Shown: positions 1 to 14,265 of the stretch, piece by piece | Numbering within the stretch: position 1 is the first letter of the stretch | How the letters are laid out: every line of letters starts with the position of its first letter | NCBI GenBank assembly: GCA_035084275.1 | Contig: CM068764.1 | Span: forward strand, 5,890,001 to 5,954,000 | Reading direction: 5' to 3' | Length of the DNA: 64,000 bases | Origin: Hydrolagus colliei | Taxonomy: Eukaryota | Program-made: the position numbers and the translations under genes | Notes under the pieces: generated by a model | The model's input: the letters and a program-made list of their open reading frames with translations, nothing else | What the model was told of the DNA's origin: nothing | Databases searched by the model: none

Positions 1-1985
1 GGTATTGAAGTAATTCACATAGTACAATTTTGAACTTGTTTGAGGAAATTAAAATAGCAATGGCTAGTTAGTAGTTGGTTACTAATGGGTACATGTTTTT
101 TGTCTGGTCTTCTGTATCTGTATAAATGTTTATGCAGACAAATAATTTGAATGAAGGTGGCATTCTGGTAGACTGCACATGGGCTTTCAGAATAGAACCT
201 CAGTTCTTGGTGATGGATTAATGAATATTAGACTGGGTATGTTTATAGTGAATAATGGATAGCTGCAGATTATTGCAAAGTACAGTAGTGGTCTAATGGA
301 GGTGAATATTATTGCACTGATTGACTATGGGATGCCGTTTGTACGGTATGATGCCAGTTGTTAATTCTGCTGTGTGATTACTTCAACTTTATTCAAAATG
401 GCAGATATTTAGCTGGGCAGACAGTGGGCATGTGAGGGAGAGAAAATTCAGGCCAAGGTTTCTCTTCATTGCAATTCAACAACAACTGCTGGAAATGCAA
501 CTTGTACAGTAGTTGTTTGAGTTAGGATTGTTTGTGATGCCTGCTGTGATTGACTGGTCTGGCCTGAAGTTTCCTGGGAGGAATTGTTTCCCCAAATGCC
601 TTTGGGAGAGGAGGGGAAGAAGTTGATAGGGTGAGAGCCTCACCATATTGAACCATCGAAATTTATGGCAGAGAAGAAGGCCATTTGTGCTGGCTCCCTC
701 AAAAGCAATTCTTCCAGTCCCATTTGCCTTCCCTTTCTCCCTATAAAATAGTTGAGTACGGGATATAATTTAGTCTAGGTTATCATCTAGTTATTTAAAC
801 AAAATGGTTCATTGAAATTTCCACAGATTCTGTGTTAGGAATGCTTTTGTGAATAACTTTGTGCATAGTTGGCGGGGTGCAATTTAGGATGTTCACCCAA
901 CTTCAGCTTCAAGCTTCAGCCCAGAACAATTATTGCATTAAATTTGTCAGGTATTTAAATATCATGTACGCAAATCATAGAATTTCTCAGAGAAATTTCA
1001 CATGTTTTCTGCTTTTTATCGTATATTCAGTATGTTTTTGTTGATATGGAAATGTTTTGGTCGTTTATTACGCATCTCCATTTGGCGTGAATCAGAAATG
1101 ATAAATAATGATGTTCTATAATCGGGAGGTTGACTTGTGGCTTTTTCTGTTAGCTAATCTGACATTGTGTAATGTTCTGATTCATGCATGATTTTAAGTT
1201 AGTTGTGAATGGAAATATTTTGCTGATTGTTCACGAAGAGGGAGTTTTCGATGCTTGAAGTGCATTTGTAAATGCTCATTTTTGCTATTAACAGGTTTGG
1301 AGTTCATTGTCAGTTGGGATACATTACAAAAAAAAAATTCTGGACGGGGATAGTTAGTTGAAAATAGTAGTACTGTACTGTACTTTGCTGTTCATTTTGC
1401 TAATAAGTGAGCTCAACTGTACAATTCCCGGTGTGGTTATGTTAAGAGTTGTGAATTTATTTGCCTATCAAGTGTAACATGTCAGCCTGGTTCAGTTGGT
1501 AGCAGGAAATGGCAAAGCACTTTAAAAACATATTTCAAGCTCTTAGGATGAAATGATCAAAATAGTAAAAGAATATGTATATAAACTTTACTCACTAGTA
1601 CAAATATTTATGCATAATACGTTTTCCTGAAGAGTAGTTTTAATCGGTTTGCCATAAACATTTAAATTTCTTCTCTTGTCAAGTTGTACAGAAGTTGCTA
1701 ATCCAGGCAGAAATGTGTGACATTGATTCGTATTGCACTAAAGATATGAAACGATCAGGATCTTGCTACAGGTTTATAGCAGTATGTTGAATGCATTTAA
1801 AAAAAATTAATTCAATGTGAAATAGTGACTCATTTCATTGGTTTGGTTGTGGGGGGGTGGCAGATTCCGAGGACTATTTGCACCATAATTTAAATTCAGC
1901 AAATAAATAACTTGGGCTCTTAAGACCAATAGGAGAATATTTTAATGGTGGGCAAGCTGAGTGTCACAAGGTCTGAACCTGAATA

Positions 1986-2703
1986 CAGTAGAAGCCCGTT
2001 TATCTGTGACTCGATGAACCGGCACTTCCGTATAACCGGCAAGCCAAAAAAAGTCATTAAACCGGAACTTATCCGGAACAATAGCAGTGGAGCATTTGTA
2101 AATGCATAAATAATAACATAATAACATAATATTTTATTGGTACTTATTGTTAAAACTATTTTCTTGCGCTTGTCATCTTTACTAGTAGATGCTGCGTTTC
2201 AAGCCACGATGCTGTGGTTGAGGTTTATAGTCCAGCGATTCTTTTTAAAATGGAGCACGCCAAGCGGGTGAAAAAAAGGAATGCGATTTTAAAGCCATAC
2301 TAGCAGAAAGCCGATAACGCTAGCCGATAACCCACATTGTCGCGCAGGTGCAGTATTTCAGTTTGCCGCTAATAGGACAATCGGCTTGCCGCTAGTAAAG
2401 TCGCGAGACTTTAAAATCGCGCTACCGTTTTTTTCACCCGATTGGCGTCCTCCATTTAAAAAAGAATCGCTGGAGTGTAAACCTCAATCGGTAAAGGTGA
2501 GAAGTGCAAGAGAGTAGTTTTAGCAATAAGTACCAATACAATATTCTGTTATTATCTGTTATTATTTAGTCTGGTGTGTATGGTGTGTGTTAAAAGAACT
2601 TACATTTTTTTGTTGTGGGTTTTCGGCCGCGGGCCGCCCGAATATCCGGCAGGCGCTTTAGCCAGCATTGGCCAGGTCCCCCGGGTGCCGGATAAATTTA
2701 CTG
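1986..2703. mobile_element. Non-autonomous Tc1/mariner (Tigger/pogo-like) element with a long internal palindrome
   Basis: TA|CAGTAG...TTTACTG|TA termini; degenerate TIRs containing tttatc and ccggcac; CpG-rich relative to flanks; internal inverted repeat 2107-2568. Confidence 0.7.
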
Positions 2704-5700
2704 TATAAATTTACTGTATATTGTGTTGCTTTTTATTAGATGAACTGGCTTCTTCAAGTACCTGTAGATAGGGTGCAGTTTTTAAGACAGTAGCTCATTG
2801 TCTGGCAATCCAGTGATTCTATGGGCTTCATTTCAATCACTAGATATGTGACGTTTGAGAAAGGTCATGTTCCCATTACTAATTGCAGTCACATAGTCCA
2901 AATTGTTCCTTCCACATGCCTTTTCAGAGAAGGCATACAATCATAATATTTATGTAGAAAGGTAGCAAAATGTCACCTTATCAAACAAGTTGTCTTGTAC
3001 ATTCAGTCATTAACTGCAGTGTTTGGGATGATAATTATCCTATGGAATTAAAATATGTTTTGATTTTTATTTAATATGATAATACTGTAGTTGGATCAAG
3101 TTATCATTTGATAGTCACTTGTCGATGAACAGTACAAATTCAATGACAACAACTTGCATTTTCATAGCGCCCTTTATGTAAGTGAACATCCTGTACGTGA
3201 TGGATTAGGGAAATAAATGTTTAAAGGTGTTAACCAAAAGGAGAATCAAAGAGATGTGTTTTAGGAGGTTTCTGAAGGTGTTGATAATGGCAGCAAGGTG
3301 TGGTGGGGGGGGTGGATAGGTGAGGAGACTTAAAGAGTAAATTGAGGTGGATTGAGAAAGTAAAACAAACTTCAGAAATCTGAGGGAGATGACTGACTAA
3401 TGAAGGAATGGTTTTCCACCTGCCTTTTGTGAAAGGTTCATTCTTTTAAATTTAATTTGTGTTCCAGCTCCTTGGGATGTCCTCCCGATGTTGAATGTAA
3501 TTTTATTGTTGTTGTTAATAGTGTATCCTGTGAAGCGTTTTGGGACGGTCTCCTGATGTGAAAAGTGCTTCAACAAATGTAAGGATTAACATTATTTAAT
3601 TTGATTATGATGAGGTTATGGTTTGAAGCTGATGAACAGCCCAAACACCAAGCTAAGATCTAGGATTTGGTATTTTCTTGTCCACGGGTGTGAATTCTGG
3701 CACATGAAGAAATTAGATAAATTGTTGCATAATTACAAACACAATGCTTGAGAAAAATAACGATGGCAACATTGGATCAGGGATGTTTTAATGCTGCAAA
3801 GAATTCAGTTCAATGACTTCAGAAAAAAAGACTTGGGTGATCTGCAATAAGGAAGTTGCTTCAGAGAATAAAAATTATCCGTGCATTCGATATCGTGCCT
3901 TATCATGTCTTCGAGGCGTCTCCCAAGTTCTTCAGAGAATATACTGTAAAGCGGAGTGATTGGATTTTGTGGGTGATATGTGGAAGCCAATTGCGCGCAG
4001 AATTATAAGGTATTGCATGAAAAGCCAGGGGGGCTGCAGAATGAGGTGAAGACAATTTTCATTCAGAGAAAAAACATCGAAAGATCCAGTTTTGACGATT
4101 GCCGTAGGCAACAGTGGGTTGCTTCGTCAACTAGCACAATAAGATTTAAACCTAGAAGATTTTCTTGTTAGATATTGAATAGATAGAGCAATTTGGATCC
4201 AAAATTGAACCATTGTTAGGGCTTCACAATGGATCAGTATTATATGTAGAGGTTTACGAGTTGAGTAATGTTTCTCTGCTCTTTAAATATTTAAATATGG
4301 GCTGAAAATTCAAAATCAGGAGAATTGAATTATTTTAAGTGTTAGGATGAGAGTAGAGTGTTCACCATAATAGCTTCATTAGCCAAACGTTGATTTGAGT
4401 CTATTTGTTTAACATGTAGCTATAATGCTATTGTATCAAATATCTGGAACATGCTTCACTTCTCCAAGTGTTCTGGTGAATGTGTTAATATGACCTTCAG
4501 TGTTACATTTTTAACTGGGATAAAACTCACAATTATACAGTGTATAGACTTGCTAATTTCCATAGTGACTGTCTCACTTAGATTATTAGTGCAACTGTAT
4601 TCATTGATTTCATGTGATATTTCATCAATACATTGAGCAGAATATTTAGTGACATTTAGCAAAGTTGACAAATCTTCTGAGGAAACTTGAGTATAATTTT
4701 GTGGTGAGTGCCAATTAAATGCATTTATGCTTGTGTCCTTGAGATAAATATAAATCCTTTGTGGTGTACCTATTTCATTTTAAAGCTGCTTATTTTATAT
4801 TCTACCAACTAACAGTTCAGGTATGAGGGTGGTTGAGTAGTTCTTCATATCTTTACTGCTGGGGTAGAAAGTATGTTTTTTGATAAGATCTCGTCTCTCT
4901 CTACACACGTATTGCATCAGAGTTGCCCCACTTAATCTGACGACCTAATGAACTGAACACATGATCAGTTCCTGAAATTAACTCTTACCATTATACAGGA
5001 TTACCAGGCAGTCTGAAAGAAAATGCTAACTGATGACTTACTGTATTTAGTTATTTTAAGTTAAATATTGTAATAGTATGTAGTGAGGTACTTTAAAGGT
5101 AAAACGTATTTTTTCATACGATTTTTAAAAAAGCTTTACTAATTTAGTGAAGTTGAATTACTTGTTACTTTAAATTATTTGTTACGGGTGAACAGTACGC
5201 TTCTAGTCGATTTTGAGGCATTGGGTAAGCAAATGGAATTGACTGCTAGATGTCTGAAGACTGACAACTTCCAAAATTGCCATTACAATTAATTGAATTA
5301 GGTGCTACCATGCAGCAAAGCTGGAGTTGGTGCCAATAACACCTTCAGAAACCTCCTAAAACAATGATTCTTGCTGGTACTCCAAACATTGCTGTGAGTA
5401 TTTTGTGAGGGAATGTGATGATTGAATTTAGGCAAACAATTATCCTATGTACTATTATCTTAAAATCTAGTCAGTGGTTATGTGTTTTTTGAAAATGGGA
5501 AAAGGTTGTGCCCTATTAATGGAAGTGCAGTTTGATTAGAATTTACTATGTAATAGTGTAAAATGATTCCGGAATTCCCTATCTGAATACCAAAAATGTG
5601 TTTTGGTTTTAATAGTATGTATCATTTTGTACTTTTATTTTTGTTATTAAATTGTACAAAGTTTACAGGTTTTTCAGGTTGCTTCTTAATTTACTTCTGG

Positions 5701-5928
5701 GTTCCTCTGAAAACTATGGGTGTGTGGACATTAAGTGACAACCCACTTGACCCGATTATGACGTCCTCCCACAGCCAACCAACGCTTATCTTTCAGGCTC
5801 ACACACGAAAAGAGGCCACGGGCGAATTGTTGAATGGCAGCTGGTGCCTGTCGAGCCATACATGAGTCAATGTCTTCATGAGAAAAGTTGGGATGGGTAG
5901 ATACTTCCTATCAGTAAGGAAAATCATT

Positions 5929-6117
5929 ACAACAAAACAACAACAACTTTGATCTATATAGCGCCCTCCACGCTGGACGGCGTCTCAGAGCGCTTCACAA
6001 TAGCAGATCCCGGGACCAAGCCAGGGGCAGGGGCAGAAAGGTGACCAAAAGCGCGGTCGAAGAGAAGGGTCTTCAGCTGTGACCTGAAACTGGAAAGAGA
6101 GGGGGCGAGGCGAAGGT
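5929..6117 (-). mobile_element. L2-type LINE 3' end, second subfamily
   Basis: (CAA)n then tatatagcgccctccacgctggacggcgtctcagagcgcttcacaat; reverse complement of the 43270-43495 copy. Confidence 0.8.
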
Positions 6118-9100
6118 TCTTAAGTCTTTAAGAACATTGAAAGCATAAACTTTTTTTAAAAAAAAACATTAGGACAAGTAGGATCACTCTTTAAAAGATT
6201 AAGCAATACTTACCCGAAGGTGAGCTTCAGCCGAACCACTTTTTTGCTTCTTCACAAAGTGGTGTCTAATTCCCGGAATTCGTTTTTTCTGTAATTTTTC
6301 TTTCGGAAGATTAAAACAGTACACTACGTCCTCACTAGAGATCTATGGAAGCTCAGAATGACTTCTTAGTTTACAATAACAACTTGTTATATAAAGCATC
6401 CCTTTAGGTGGGATAACCTCTTGGAGTACTTACACTTTTGAAATGCAACATCACAATTGCATTGCGACTGATTGCAATTACCTCTCAGCAATAATGATTA
6501 TTCTAATAATTTTTTGCTTTTGATATAGCGCCTTTCACGTAGAGAGGGCAGCTCAAAATGCATGGTGGCATATACTATAAAGTGCAATTTTATATGGTTT
6601 TGTGGGTGTAGTTGGAAGTTGTACGAGGTACAATAAATTTATTTTGACTGGAAGTTTATTTCCAATAGAATAGATATTCTTCTTTAAATGGGAAATATTA
6701 CAACATGTTTGTAAGTAGCAATATCATTGTCTGATTTAAAAAAAAATGATAATGGTGGCAACATGACCTTCAAAGCCCCAGGTGAGCTACTGTGCATGCA
6801 GTCTATGCTGTAAGTCTGATTATCCTGAGGGAACAAATTTCCAATAATATTCCTAATGCCATCGGTGCAAGTTATTTTTAGGTTTATTTCAGAATAAATG
6901 TTTCCCTCTGGAATTCATAAACTGTTTTATTAGCAGATTAATATAAGGTTCATGTCTACACTGAAAGTACAAGTTGAGGGATCCTTAATTTCTAAATTCA
7001 GATTCTTAATATTCTAATGAATAACTTGACATGCATGAAAAATTGTGTCATTTGATGTTTAAATATAAGAACCTTGCTTCTAAGAATGTGGACCATGGTT
7101 TTTCAAACATTCGTACATTCCTGGTACCTTTGTACATCCTTGTCTCAGATACTTGGATACCATATATTTTAGGTTAATAAAAACTGTTGAGTGCAACTGA
7201 TGGAAAGTTGCATTTGTATGATCTATATCTACACTCCATAATCGGTTGACCTATAAATTTAGCTTTGGGCAGTAGCAGCTTGGTTCATTTTGTTATAATA
7301 AAACACTAGTAAAATAGTAAGTGATCTTTCGACTTCCTTGTACAGTATTTTGTGTGTGCTATGGCCTATCTTTTGAGATGACCTTGTGAACACACTGTAC
7401 AGTAATTGTACCTGCCATTTGCACACAATGGTTTTCCTTTTAGGATTAAATACTGATTCAGAATCTTTGTAACTCCTCTATGTGATGATGGACAATATTT
7501 CCTTCGAAAAGTTTCAGTTTTACATGAATGAGCCTTGCATCTGACAAGTGCATGCTTGATTCTTAGCTCATGATTGAATCAGTTCTTGCATTGTACTGTT
7601 AGAATATCAAAACTCCTGTGCTCTTTCCAAGCTTCAGTTTGCTGTAAGCAAGTCTGTAATGATCTTTTTATAACTATTAAGGCTTGAAAATTGGAGTTGT
7701 TCATAAATTATGTGTAAATCAAACGTTAAAACTTTTCTAAATTTGAGTTTGTTTTTAACCTTGTTTATTTGGACAGTCAAATAACAACTGGTGCCATTGT
7801 GGCTTCAAATGTGAAATTTCAAATTTGAAGCTGTAAGGTTGAAAGGTTTGGAATTGTTGGATTCATATTCAATATGAGAATCATATTCTCAATATGATTA
7901 GAAAACAATTTAGAATGAATGTACCCAGAGTATATATACTGTAATTAGATTGAATTCATAAGTATGACTGTTGTTTTACAGCAAAAGCTACCTGTCTTGT
8001 CCTGTCCTGTCTTGTATAATTTCCTGATAATCTCAACTGGTAACCTGGAGAATTGTGGTTTCTTTGGCATCTTTTTCCAAAGAAGTTCTATTCCACTTAA
8101 ATGTTGTTTACTATTCTATTTATCTGTCAGAATAATCTTAACATTTTGCAATAGCTGTGATGCATGCATGGTAAATCATTACCCAAACAAGCTAACCCTG
8201 GTTCCCAACTAGATTGTGTAATGTCTACATTAGAATAAGGGTAGTTGTATTTCAGCTGAACTATTGAAATCTGTTTTTATTAATAACTACTCATCGATAC
8301 CCTTGTCTACCTAGGGTAGGTCTATGTTTGGTGGCAATACATTAACATAATTGAGTTTTCTTCCCATTTGGGGGAACAACATTCTAGACAATGTTAAGTC
8401 TGGAGGATGTCTCAATGCGCTTCATGTTGTTGGATCGACTGGGTGAAGGGAGCTGAAGAGGGTGTAGAGGTTGGAAGGATGTTTGAAAGCAAAGTGATCG
8501 TTCAACGATTGTTATTAATTGCAGGCACAGCAACATCTTATGGTCTTGGACAGACAATTAAGACATTATTAGCCTGATTTTCACATTGAATTACATGCGT
8601 GATTTAATGAATGATTTATTAGAATCAGGAAAAAGTATCTGAGAACTTCAAGAGTTATGACCCAGAAACCTTTGAACTGTGCTTCAGTTATAGCTCAGCA
8701 CATGGGAATGTGATTTTCTTGGTTGCTTAGAAAGTCTTTTCTTATTTAATGGACTTAATAAAAAGAGTGTCCAAAATTGCTTTCACCGTTGAGCTCTTGA
8801 CAGATGTCCAAAGGGCAGTACTTTTAACTTAATTGCTGTCGACACGCAAATGCAAGGATTATTATTATTACTTCTATATTTATCAGTTTAGAACTATAAC
8901 ATTTACCAGACTTATTACAAGGGGTTACTTAATTTCACCTAGGTACAAATAATTGTGCTTGAGTGAAGTTGTTCTTACTCCAACTGCAGGATAAACTATA
9001 TAACTCCTCACTGACGGAAAAGGATCCAGGGCTGAATTTTGAGTTAAACAATGTTGTGAATTAATCGTGGATCTTGACTTTACGCAGCCAGCACCACTTA

Positions 9101-9916
9101 CTGGGACATCACATCTGCTTGGGCATCCAACCCCCAGCAAATGCCCGCATCGGTCACAGAATAGAGCGAGAGGCTACTCACGTGAAAGGCGACATGTAAA
9201 TGCAAATTTGTTGTCATATTATAGTGTTAATTTATATTGAATAGAAAATGAACCGGAGTCACTATTTCCTGTACAAATGCAAAACCTTTTGTTTGTATCC
9301 TTCAGGCTTCTACAGCAACTTGAAGCCTTTAGATTGCCTTGGGTGTAGACACAGACAACTGCACTGTATTTAATCTGTATCTGGTCTTTTAATTGTAGAA
9401 TCGTGTTGCTAGTGGCTATCCCTCTTTCCCTTAGCAGATAAAAGATTGAACATGCAAGAGTGCTTTTCTCTCTTATAAAATAGCAAAGATCAATTTCACT
9501 GTTGTGTGTACTTTTAGGCGAACATTTAATTTGGATTTTAGGGAACATTGTCAAACAAGTACCCATACTGGTATCTTGTCAGTGATTTAATTGTTTTCAT
9601 TCAAGATAAGCATGTATGAATGTTGAAATTAATACTAATAGACATCACAGTATCAAGATAATCTGTCAGTGTCAAAATAAGATGCCAATTTAAGGTTCAG
9701 TATTTATTAACCACTTTCTTCGCAGCATTTCGGTCGTTGCGGTATGAGCTACTGAAAATATTGTCCTTTTTATCTGTGTTTTGGAGATATTTTAATAATA
9801 TAAAATAATAATTAATAATGATTAAAAATATAGATTGCAAATTGAAAGATGTCTTATCAAAAAAATCACTATATTATTGCATTGCTGCTGGCTGCCATTC
9901 ATTGTGTTTAAATTAA

Positions 9917-10285
9917 GTGAGCTGCTGTGGTTCAGTGGATTTGCATGCATTTTCATGGCTCAGTTTCAATCCAGCTCAGACTGATATGGTGCTGAACATC
10001 TCTTATGTCTGTTGGTCATAGCATCCTAAGTGTAATGAATTTGGACCCTCTAAACCAGCTTTTAATGGCTTTGGGAGCACTGCAAAATTAATATTGCTGT
10101 GTTTGCCACTACTGTCTCTGTCGGAGTAGCTATAAGCTGGCGGGCACAGGGAAACCAACGAATATCACACCAGTGCATTGAGGGTGTGTGTGCTCTTCTG
10201 AGCCTGAGGCAAAGCCGCTTTAGGGGGAGAATAGCGAATAATTATGGATTCACTATACCTGGCTTGTTTTCTGATTTCTGTTAAT
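9917..10285 (+). mobile_element. LF-SINE-like ancient tRNA-derived SINE
   Basis: tggttcagtgg (box A), tcaatccagctcag, cctaagtgtaatgaatttgg, tctaaaccagcttttaatgg are collinear with the LF-SINE 5' half as recalled; related pieces at ~11565-11760(+) and ~22325-22525(-). Confidence 0.5.
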
Positions 10286-13200
10286 GTAACGCACATTTAA
10301 TTATTATTATCTTAATTGCTTTGTTTTAACAGTGGAGACTTTGCTGTTCAAGGTAGTCAATAGACTGGCATGAGGTGTGTGATCTTTTTAAGAGTGTTTG
10401 TAATTTCTATTTTGTAACAAAAATGACTATGAAGCTGTGGAATTCAAGGAGCATTCAATATATCTAAATATCTTTGTTTAATGAGGTGTAAGATTAGGAT
10501 TGAGATTTTGAATTTGTCCATGGATAGTCATGTCAATAATTGGAAACTGTTGCTCTGTGAATAGCAATGCTCAATAATATATTTATGTGTAAAGAACTGA
10601 CTATTTATCAAATTGTAAGCCTGAAAAGATCAAGTCTTTCTGAATTGTGTGAGCCTGCTTTTGAGTACAGCATTTTGTTTACTCTCAAGTAAATTTAGCA
10701 CATATTTTCATGAGCCCAAACTGTGATTGAGAACAAAGTTCATACAGAGGTTCTACCCTGGTGAAATCCTCCTCTTGCTCGAAGTATGCAGGGTTATAGA
10801 TTCTTGACTTTGAAGTTAAGTGAGACTGTAATTGCAGTAGATCTTTTTTAAAAAAAAGGTTCTCACAAATCTGCTATTCACTGTTACATAGTTGGCTAAT
10901 AATTTTTATTTCATTTGAAACCCGAGGAAAACCACGTTGTGCCACTGAATGATGGAATGCATATTTTTGCCTAACGGTCAGACATTTATGTAAATGTTAG
11001 CCGTGCCTTGAGTATAAAAGACCATACACTTTCCCACAAATAAGGAAGGTAAAGTCAGAGGGTCAGCACTCTGGTTCTAAGTGAGAATTGGAATGACATT
11101 GGTCTTCTAAAGCTGGTGAATTAATTTCCTTATTGACCAGAATAATGTGTGGGTGGATCACTTGGATCACTATCTATATACAGTACAATGGTAATGGAGA
11201 TTGATGGTTAAATGATTGGGAGAAAATGTATTTCAGTCAAGGAACTGGTTCTGACATTCTTTTGAGTTTGTGGCTGATCTATATAGTAGTCCAGAGATGC
11301 AATGTTTTCCAAACTCTCTAACTTTTCTTCCAGTTTCAAAATAACTTTTCTGCACTGCCCATCCTTTTTTAAAAAAAAAGTTTTTTTCTATCTTTGAACT
11401 TGTTCATAGTTCTCAATGCTTTATCTTTCTAAAATTCCCCACAATCTGTGCCCTGAATAATTTTCAACATTGGGTTCTGGATTGTGGATTGGCCTATTAA
11501 GATCCTACTATAACGCTGTATTTTGCTGTTCTTGTTATTTAGATTATAGCAAAATGTTAACTAATAGATTGGTACATTTCGTTTGCACTTGAGATTTGGA
11601 TTGGAATCTAGTTATAATTATTGGGAGGAAAATCACATCTCACAATCACATACCTGCAAGGATCATATAGAAATTAATTGAGGCAGCCATGCTGCAGTTC
11701 ATAATGCTCAAGCACAAACGTATTTAGAGTTTGGGATGAATATGCATTTTGTTTCATGGTATTGCAATGTTCTTGCTGCAATTTTCGTGGAATGAAAGGA
11801 ATTTGGAGAAAAATACAAATATCATAACGCATGTACAGTACATGTTTCATTATTTAAGAAACCGTGTTTATACAAGCGTATAAAATTCAGAGGAAGCTAA
11901 AATGTCCTTGTCTAGTAACCTGACCGTATAAGTATTGTATCTATTTCATGTGTAGTTTCAGTGAAGGTCATGGTATTGACACACATTGGGAACTTGGGTG
12001 GTTGTTTTGGATTGAGGAGGCAATGAAAATTGCATTGGTTATATTATCTGGTAGTTTGAATTTACAATGTATGCTCCATTTGCCTCAAGACAGAATTGCT
12101 ATTAAAAAGCATATGAAAAAAGAATACGAAAACACAGCTGGAGAATTGCAGTGCATTGCTCAACACTACACCTGACTTGAAATTGTTCGGTGCTTTTGCT
12201 GAGTGACAAGGATTTACTGCTTGTCCTTCATCTACTGCACATTTAGTGTAGGATTGGTCCACCTGGAAAATGTTGGCCGGTGAGCTGGTGACCCATTGAC
12301 TTCTAAGGACAATACCATTTTTGTCTCCTTTTCTCTACTTGTTGAAATGATATTTGAAAATTTACAATTAGCTCTGTAATGATACATTTTACCAGCTGCA
12401 TATCAGGCTTATGTCTCAAAATGTAACAAGTAGCCCAAACCAGGGATAATCTGTTACCGGAATTCAGCTTGGCTGTTATTACACTAGAAACATTTCTGAA
12501 ACTGTTCTCAACAACCACCATAATCAAATTTGTACGACATTTGTCCTGTTTGGTTGCATGTTATTTGGTGCAACTCTTCTTCTACCCCCCCCCCCCCCCC
12601 ACCCCTAAAAAAAAACCCTAGAAGCGAAAACAATTCCTTAGAAGTGAAAACTCTGTTGTGACGACATTGTCAGTTTATTGATTTGGGATTTCTTTTTTCT
12701 CTCGCTTTGCATTGCATTAATATCTTTCCATTTCCAGTTGAAGTGACTAAGTGATCAAAGCTTTATTTAGATGCAAGTAGTTGTTGTTTGATCTTGCTGC
12801 AACATTTAGAACATTAATGATTAGTAAAGCATTTAGATATTACTGTGGGGCACGTTTATGAGAATGCTGCTCGATGAATGTAAGGTTTTGGATATTTGTA
12901 GAAAAATCTGTGTGGTATGACCTAATAATGGTGACACACAGGAAATTACGTTGGTTTTGTCTATTTTGTGAGATGCTAATTTTGTTAGAAATAGCAAGTA
13001 CAGGCCTAAAGCTATTGTACAAGGATTTGACCATCATTCACTCAGCCATTCTGCAGTTGTATAACGTCATTGTCTACATTTCTGAAGAACATGGCTCATT
13101 TCACTGCCGACAGCTGCCTGTGTAGATAATGTAGCAAAATGAGAGAATCATGTACATCAATTACTTTGCTGTTATTTAGAATTACAGACAGTTTGTATTT

Positions 13201-14089
13201 GCAATAATTTCATGAATCTAGGAGAGTTTGTGCTTTAATCCAAACCATAATTTGATCATTTTTACAAATATGGTACCTGATTTCCAGTTTTGAATTTGAA
13301 ATAAATTCAGACATGAGCCAGAATTTAAAGTGAAGTATAGGTTTGAAATTATGTCCCTTTTTTTCAGTTGAACATAGAATGTGATTTGAAGCTTGAAAGG
13401 TAACATTAAACTGTCCTTTTACATATCTTTTCCCTCCCTCACCCCCTTACCCTCTTTTTCCCCTTTCTCCCCTGGCCCCACTTCCGCGACTGTCTATGGG
13501 ACTGTGTGCACAATTTGGCTGCTGTGTTTTGCCCACAAATATACAGTCGGTTTTTCTACTCTCCTTCCCCCGACCTCTCCCCCCTCTGCTCTGATCCCTA
13601 CCTGACTGTTCAGAGCCTTAGGATGTCCTCCCGACGTGAAAGGTGCTATATAAATGTATTGATCGATTGATCAAGTTTTAGTAGGTTTCTTCATTCTATC
13701 TGTTTAGTATATAATAGTATTATTATTATTGGTGTGTGCAATTGGCTGGCACCTTTCATCCACAAAATGTACAGTCAATTCACTTTACGGTATATTCTGT
13801 GAAGTGCTTTGCGAAATCTCAAAGATGTGATAAGGTTTATCAAATGCAAAAATTATTATTACTATTTTGTGTTTCCCATTTCATGCCAGCTATTTCATGG
13901 CTACCAATTCAGCATTTAACTTTTAACTTTCCCACTCATTTGGGGATAAGAAGTTGATTGTTATGAGTAAAGGTGGATAGTGAATTTCAGCAAATATTAG
14001 ACCCTGATGAACCTGTACCTGTCCAATGGTGTGGTGTTTTTTGTACTAGGGATTTCCATATAGGAGTCCAGTCTAATTAATGACCTTCT

Positions 14090-14265
14090 TCCACCCCAAA
14101 AAACAGATACCAATTGTGCTATTTCCAGATACCCAAGCAGACACTGAGATTGAACCTGGAATTTAAAATTTAAGTCAGCTAACTCAACACAACTGAGGGT
14201 CAAACTGAGGATCTTCCTGATCTTTTATGGAGCTTTTTACTCGTGAGCCATCGAAGAAGCTATCC
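14090..14265 (-). mobile_element. Ancient tRNA-derived SINE head, family unassigned
   Basis: Minus strand gatggctcacgagtaaa...gatcaggaagatcctcagtttgaccctcagttgtgttgagttagctgac (box A/B-like); possible body fragments at ~400-620 and ~5700-5895. Confidence 0.35.

Noticed and set aside
7862-7900. Short local duplications (also ~14968-14995, 29320-29352, 45368-45392, 47066-47092)
   Set aside because: Two- to three-copy slippage microduplications with no shared motif; not an array and not CRISPR-like
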